A stretch of DNA of 64,000 bases. Source: Solirubrobacterales bacterium (lineage in GTDB: Bacteria; Actinomycetota; Thermoleophilia; Solirubrobacterales; JACPNS01). Below, in pieces: positions 62,283 through 64,000 of the stretch (position 1 is the first letter of the stretch; each line of letters opens with the position of its first letter). Where the stretch lies: positions 124-64,123 of the forward strand of contig JACPNS010000011.1 of the NCBI GenBank assembly GCA_016185345.1, in the 5' to 3' direction. Under the pieces are notes generated by a model, which did not search any database, was not told where the DNA came from, and was given only the letters and a program-made list of their open reading frames with translations. The position numbers and the translations under genes were made by a program.

Positions 62283-63254
62283 TCAGCTGGCAACCGGCAG
62301 AGCGCCGGTGTCAAGTGCGACGCGGATCTCTTTGGGGAGCATGAAGCGCATGTTCTCCTGGATCACTTCAAGCTCGGAGACGTCGGTCGTGCCGCGATCG
62401 CGGAAGACCTGCACGAGGTTCTGAACGAGCTCGTCCGGCGCACTGGCCCCCGAGGTGATCCCGACGATCGGCTTGCCTTCAAGCCATTCGTCCTGGACCT
62501 CTGAGGCGTTGTCGATCAAGTAGGCATCTGTGCCGAGGTCGCGCGTCACATCTACGAGGCGGTTTGAGTTCGAGGAGTTCTTCGAGCCAATCACGAGCAC
62601 CACGTCGCACTCGGCGGCGAGCTCCTTGACCGATGCCTGGCGGTTGGTGGTCGCGTAACAAATGTCGTCAGTGCGCGGACCGACGATTGCCGGGAACTTC
62701 TCTTTGAGCGCGACGATGATCTCGCGGGTTTCGTCAACTGAAAGCGTGGTCTGCGAGATGAACGCGAGCTTCTCGGGATCGTCGACCTCGAGCGTGGCGA
62801 CGTCGTCGATCGTCTCGACGAGGATCATCGCGTCAGGGGCCTCGCCCATCGTGCCTTCAACCTCTTCGTGGCCCTCGTGGCCGATCAGGATGATCTGGTA
62901 TCCGTCGGCAGCGAATTTCTTGGCCTCTACGTGCACCTTCGTGACGAGCGGGCATGTGGCGTCAATCGTCTTCAGCCTGCGGTCCGCAGCTGCTGCGTGC
63001 ACGGCGGGCGACACTCCGTGGGCGCTGAAAACAACGGTCTCCCCCTCGGGCACCTCTGCGGCGCTGTCAACGAAGATCGCACCACGCGCCTTCAGGGTCT
63101 CGACAACGTGCTTGTTGTGCACGATCTCTTTGCGCACGTACACCGGCGGCCCAAACACATCGAGCGCGTGCTCGACGGATTCGACAGCACGGTCGACGCC
63201 GGCGCAGTAGCCGCGCGGCGATGCAAGCAGGACCTTTTCCGGGACTGGCGTCAC
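62283..63254 (-). CDS. ispH: 4-hydroxy-3-methylbut-2-enyl diphosphate reductase
   Basis: [16 protein letters not shown]...[11 protein letters not shown]...ICYATTNRQ carries the three Fe-S Cys ligands of IspH/LytB. Confidence 0.95.
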   Translation of the reverse strand: MTPVPEKVLLASPRGYCAGVDRAVESVEHALDVFGPPVYVRKEIVHNKHVVETLKARGAIFVDSAAEVPEGETVVFSAHGVSPAVHAAAADRRLKTIDATCPLVTKVHVEAKKFAADGYQIILIGHEGHEEVEGTMGEAPDAMILVETIDDVATLEVDDPEKLAFISQTTLSVDETREIIVALKEKFPAIVGPRTDDICYATTNRQASVKELAAECDVVLVIGSKNSSNSNRLVDVTRDLGTDAYLIDNASEVQDEWLEGKPIVGITSGASAPDELVQNLVQVFRDRGTTDVSELEVIQENMRFMLPKEIRVALDTGALPVAS

Positions 63255-63469
63255 GTGTTTGATTGTACGTGGATGAGCAGTTGTGATGACCGAACACCTA
63301 CGTGTGTGAGTTGGCTCACCGTGTTTGCTCCAAAAGTCCGTAGAATTCCCTCGTGAACTCCTTGCGCGTTGCGCGCGGAGCTTTGGAGATGGCCATTACC
63401 TCGACGTCGTACTCCGTCGGGGCCGTCTTTTCAACCGCTGTATTACTGCAAGATTTGAAGGGGGTCAGA

Positions 63470-64000
63470 TGAGTCAGCGAGAGCTATCCCGCCTCAGTGC
63501 GACCGACGCCTCGTTCCTGGTGCAGGAACGTCAGGGTTCGCACATGCACATCGGCGGCCTGATGATTTTCGAGGGGCCGATGCCGGACATCGACATCCTA
63601 AAGGCGCACATCCGTTCTCGACTGCACCTCGTCCCGCGTTACCGCCAGCGCCTCGCCTGGGCGCCGCTCGAAGCTGGCCGGCCCTTCTGGACAGATGACC
63701 CGGAGTTCAATCTTTCGTACCACGTGCGCGACGCCGCGCTACCTGCACCCGGCAACGACGAGCAGCTCGAGCTGATGTGCGCCCGCATCTTCAGCCAGCG
63801 CCTCGACCGGCAGAAGCCGCTCTGGGAGATGTGGCTGATCGACGGCCTCGCCGGCGGTCGCTTCGGCATGATCTTGAAGACGCACCACGCCGTCATCGAT
63901 GGCATCGCTGGCGTGGATGTAGGAACGGTGCTTCTCGGCCTTGAGCCGACCACCGACATCGACGAGCCGCGGCCCTGGCGCCCGGGTCCGTTCCCGACCG
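63470..64000 (+). CDS. Wax ester synthase/diacylglycerol acyltransferase (WS/DGAT), N-terminal part; runs off the window end
   Basis: My translation from ATG 63470 gives MSQRELSRLSATDASFLVQERQGSHMHIGGLMIFEG...LWEMWLIDGLAGGRFGMILKTHHAVIDGIAG, which contains the HHxxxDG active site. It is open-ended, so it is absent from the ORF track. Confidence 0.85.

Overview
This is a high-GC, gene-dense chromosomal segment with about 70 protein-coding genes and many 1-4 nt start/stop overlaps. By eye I found no rRNA, tRNA or CRISPR array. The gene content looks Actinomycetota-like. That placement is an inference from content only: uvrC-rapZ, guaA plus a CBS-less guaB3-type paralog, PHO-box-type 11-nt repeats in front of pstSCAB-phoU, a CysO/Mec/CysM/MoeZ sulfur-carrier cluster, and WS/DGAT.

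Most of the window is housekeeping:
- DNA repair (uvrC)
- phosphate uptake and polyphosphate genes
- uppP
- purine and pyrimidine genes (guaA, pyrF)
- HU
- TldD/PmbA
- rph-rdgB
- nadB
- hydantoinase/oxoprolinase A/B
- Fe-S cluster assembly (sufCDSU ... sufB)
- an Fe(III) ABC importer
- ispH

Observations worth a second look:
1. An orphan four-gene Tad-type pseudopilin operon (2140-4728) has no Tad ATPase, platform or peptidase genes in the window. Its last gene fuses a TadG-like N-terminus to both a VanY-type D,D-carboxypeptidase and an SLT lytic transglycosylase. It lies directly downstream of a GGDEF cyclase.
2. An exact 16-nt box (GGTCTTGAACCGTTAC in gene sense) occurs three times. Each copy sits at the 5' end of a minus-strand gene: the tadE-like operon, a distant flp-like prepilin gene, and an IS200/RayT-like transposase gene.
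3. The flp-like gene is parked upstream of rph-rdgB.
4. An OmpR-family regulator has Asn in place of the phospho-acceptor Asp. It lies next to a PHO-box-like array centred exactly in the pstS divergent intergenic region.
5. The conserved N-terminus of pyrF lies upstream of any canonical start codon.
6. The suf operon is split by about 6.9 kb. The insert carries an FAD enzyme, the transposase-like gene, a thioesterase and the iron ABC transporter, which has a DtxR/IdeR-like palindrome in its divergent promoter.
7. CysO ends in GG-SL rather than GG, next to a JAMM protease. The adjacent MoeZ has a permuted domain order.
8. A low-GC intergenic region (34488-34754) carries two perfect palindromes and a C9 tract.

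All calls come from reading the supplied ORF translations and the raw sequence. No database search was run.
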